Notes under the pieces: model-generated
What the model was told of the DNA's origin: nothing
Databases searched by the model: none
What the model saw: the letters and a program-made list of their open reading frames with translations, nothing else
Made by a program: the position numbers and the translations under genes
Shown: piece after piece, positions 62,817 through 64,000 of the stretch
Position numbering within the stretch: the stretch's first letter is position 1
How the letters are laid out: every line of letters starts with the position of its first letter
Assembly (NCBI RefSeq): GCF_006345805.1
Contig: NC_043006.1
Coordinates: 93,372,001-93,436,000, forward strand
Origin: Octopus sinensis
Taxonomy: Eukaryota
Direction: 5' to 3'
DNA length: 64,000 nt

Positions 62817-62888
62817 GTAGGTAGGTAGGTAGGTAGGTAGGTAGGTAGGTAGGTAGACATAAATTTATAGATACATAGGTAGATAGAT
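62759..62888 (+). repeat. (GATA)n/(GGTA)n tract, outer flank of cluster 2
   Basis: Direct reading; no element to its right. Confidence 0.95.
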
Positions 62889-63723
62889 ATATATATATAT
62901 ACATAAGTACACTGAACACTAACAACTAATATTTGGTGAAGTTGTGTATAGCTAGGTAGATTCATAAAATATGAGTATTTGTGTGAGCTTGTGTGTGCGT
63001 GTGTCCGTTTGTATTTATAGGTAGGTATATATATAAACACACACACAGGCATACATATTGTACAGACACATAGATAGATAAATATTAAATAGGTACGTAT
63101 GTATATAGACAGTTATATACACAATCACACAAATACACAGACATGTATACATACATACACAAGCATATGCATGAATGTATATATCCATAAGCGTACACGC
63201 ACAGAACCAGACACTCCCACAACCATACACATACACATGCAGATATTTATACATACATAGACTTAAGTTTGTACTTCTAGATAATTATGTCTGTATATAT
63301 TTTCAATTGAAACTGTTGCTATGCCAACAATACCTCAGAGTCTTCTCAATGACGCACTAAAGTTTTATTGTATAGAAAAGAAAACTTCTGCTTACTTCAG
63401 ACTAACAGATTCTGTGCGCACTCCTCTCCATAAAGCAACACCTGTTCCTACCAAGGAAACATGTAATTGGGTTCTGAGAGCAGCAGATACAGAACTGAGA
63501 TTGTACAGATACATAGATTATGAAAGAATATTGCGAGGAAGAGAACAAAACAAGGAAAATGCTCAGAGGAAAAAATAAGGTATTCATTCGACTACAGTTA
63601 GGCAGTATTATTACTTAAGAAATAGACCCATATATAGGTACATACGTAATACAATTAGCAAACTCGCGTCATTAGAATCAAGAATTTCTAGTAATCAAGA
63701 TTCTCTGTCGTTAACACTTTCCC

Positions 63724-63765
<42 letters not shown>

Positions 63766-63891
63766 CTTTACTCCCCCCTATTTCTCACTCTCGTTTAAAG
63801 TATGTGAAACCTGAACAAGGATTAATATTATGAGAAAATGTAACAGCATCCGGTAGTCTGGTCCATCACATAAGCATATGTGCGCGCGCGC

Positions 63892-63927
<36 letters not shown>

Positions 63928-64000
63928 ATGTGTGTGTGTGTATTTATGCATGTATGTATATATATATATTGGTCTGCTCACTAAGCCAGAAGGGTGGCAT

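Noticed and set aside
45690-62888. CRISPR-like repeat/spacer array, or a simple tandem duplication
   Set aside because: Units are kb-scale retroelements with different 5' truncations and two subfamilies, in eukaryotic context with no cas genes.
63321-63578. 85-aa non-repetitive ORF
   Set aside because: No recognisable family; too short to call without a database search.
582-63981. Dozens of ORFs rich in YI/IY, VC/HT, SIYL/LPTY repeats
   Set aside because: Translations of (TA)n, (CA)n, (TATG)n and (GATA)n microsatellites; no coding evidence.

Overview
AT-rich, microsatellite-dense animal genomic DNA, probably octopus/cephalopod (inferred from the SINE families and repeat texture, not proven). 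No host protein-coding gene is confidently identifiable. About 35% of the window (~22.6 kb) is seven copies of one young L1/Tx1-clade non-LTR retrotransposon with a CCHC ORF1 and an APE-endonuclease/RT/zinc-finger ORF2. All seven lie on the minus strand, all are embedded in (GATA)n/(GGTA)n tracts ((TATC)n on the element's sense strand), and all share the same 3' end with no poly(A) tail. They form two clusters (10.8-17.9 kb, 45.7-62.9 kb): two full-length copies and five differently 5'-truncated copies. Two subfamilies (A, B) have similar ORF2s but strongly diverged ORF1s. The element's last ~35-55 nt match the 3' tail of a tRNA-derived SINE that forms tandem arrays here, suggesting a LINE/SINE partnership. 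Also present: R4/Dong-like RLE fragments (one bounded by (CATA)n), a CR1/L2 RT fragment, a complete DD34D mariner with TIRs and TA duplication, a Penelope-like remnant with a minimal hammerhead ribozyme, many SINEs and simple repeats. Most short ORFs in the track are microsatellite artefacts. All alignments were done by eye.
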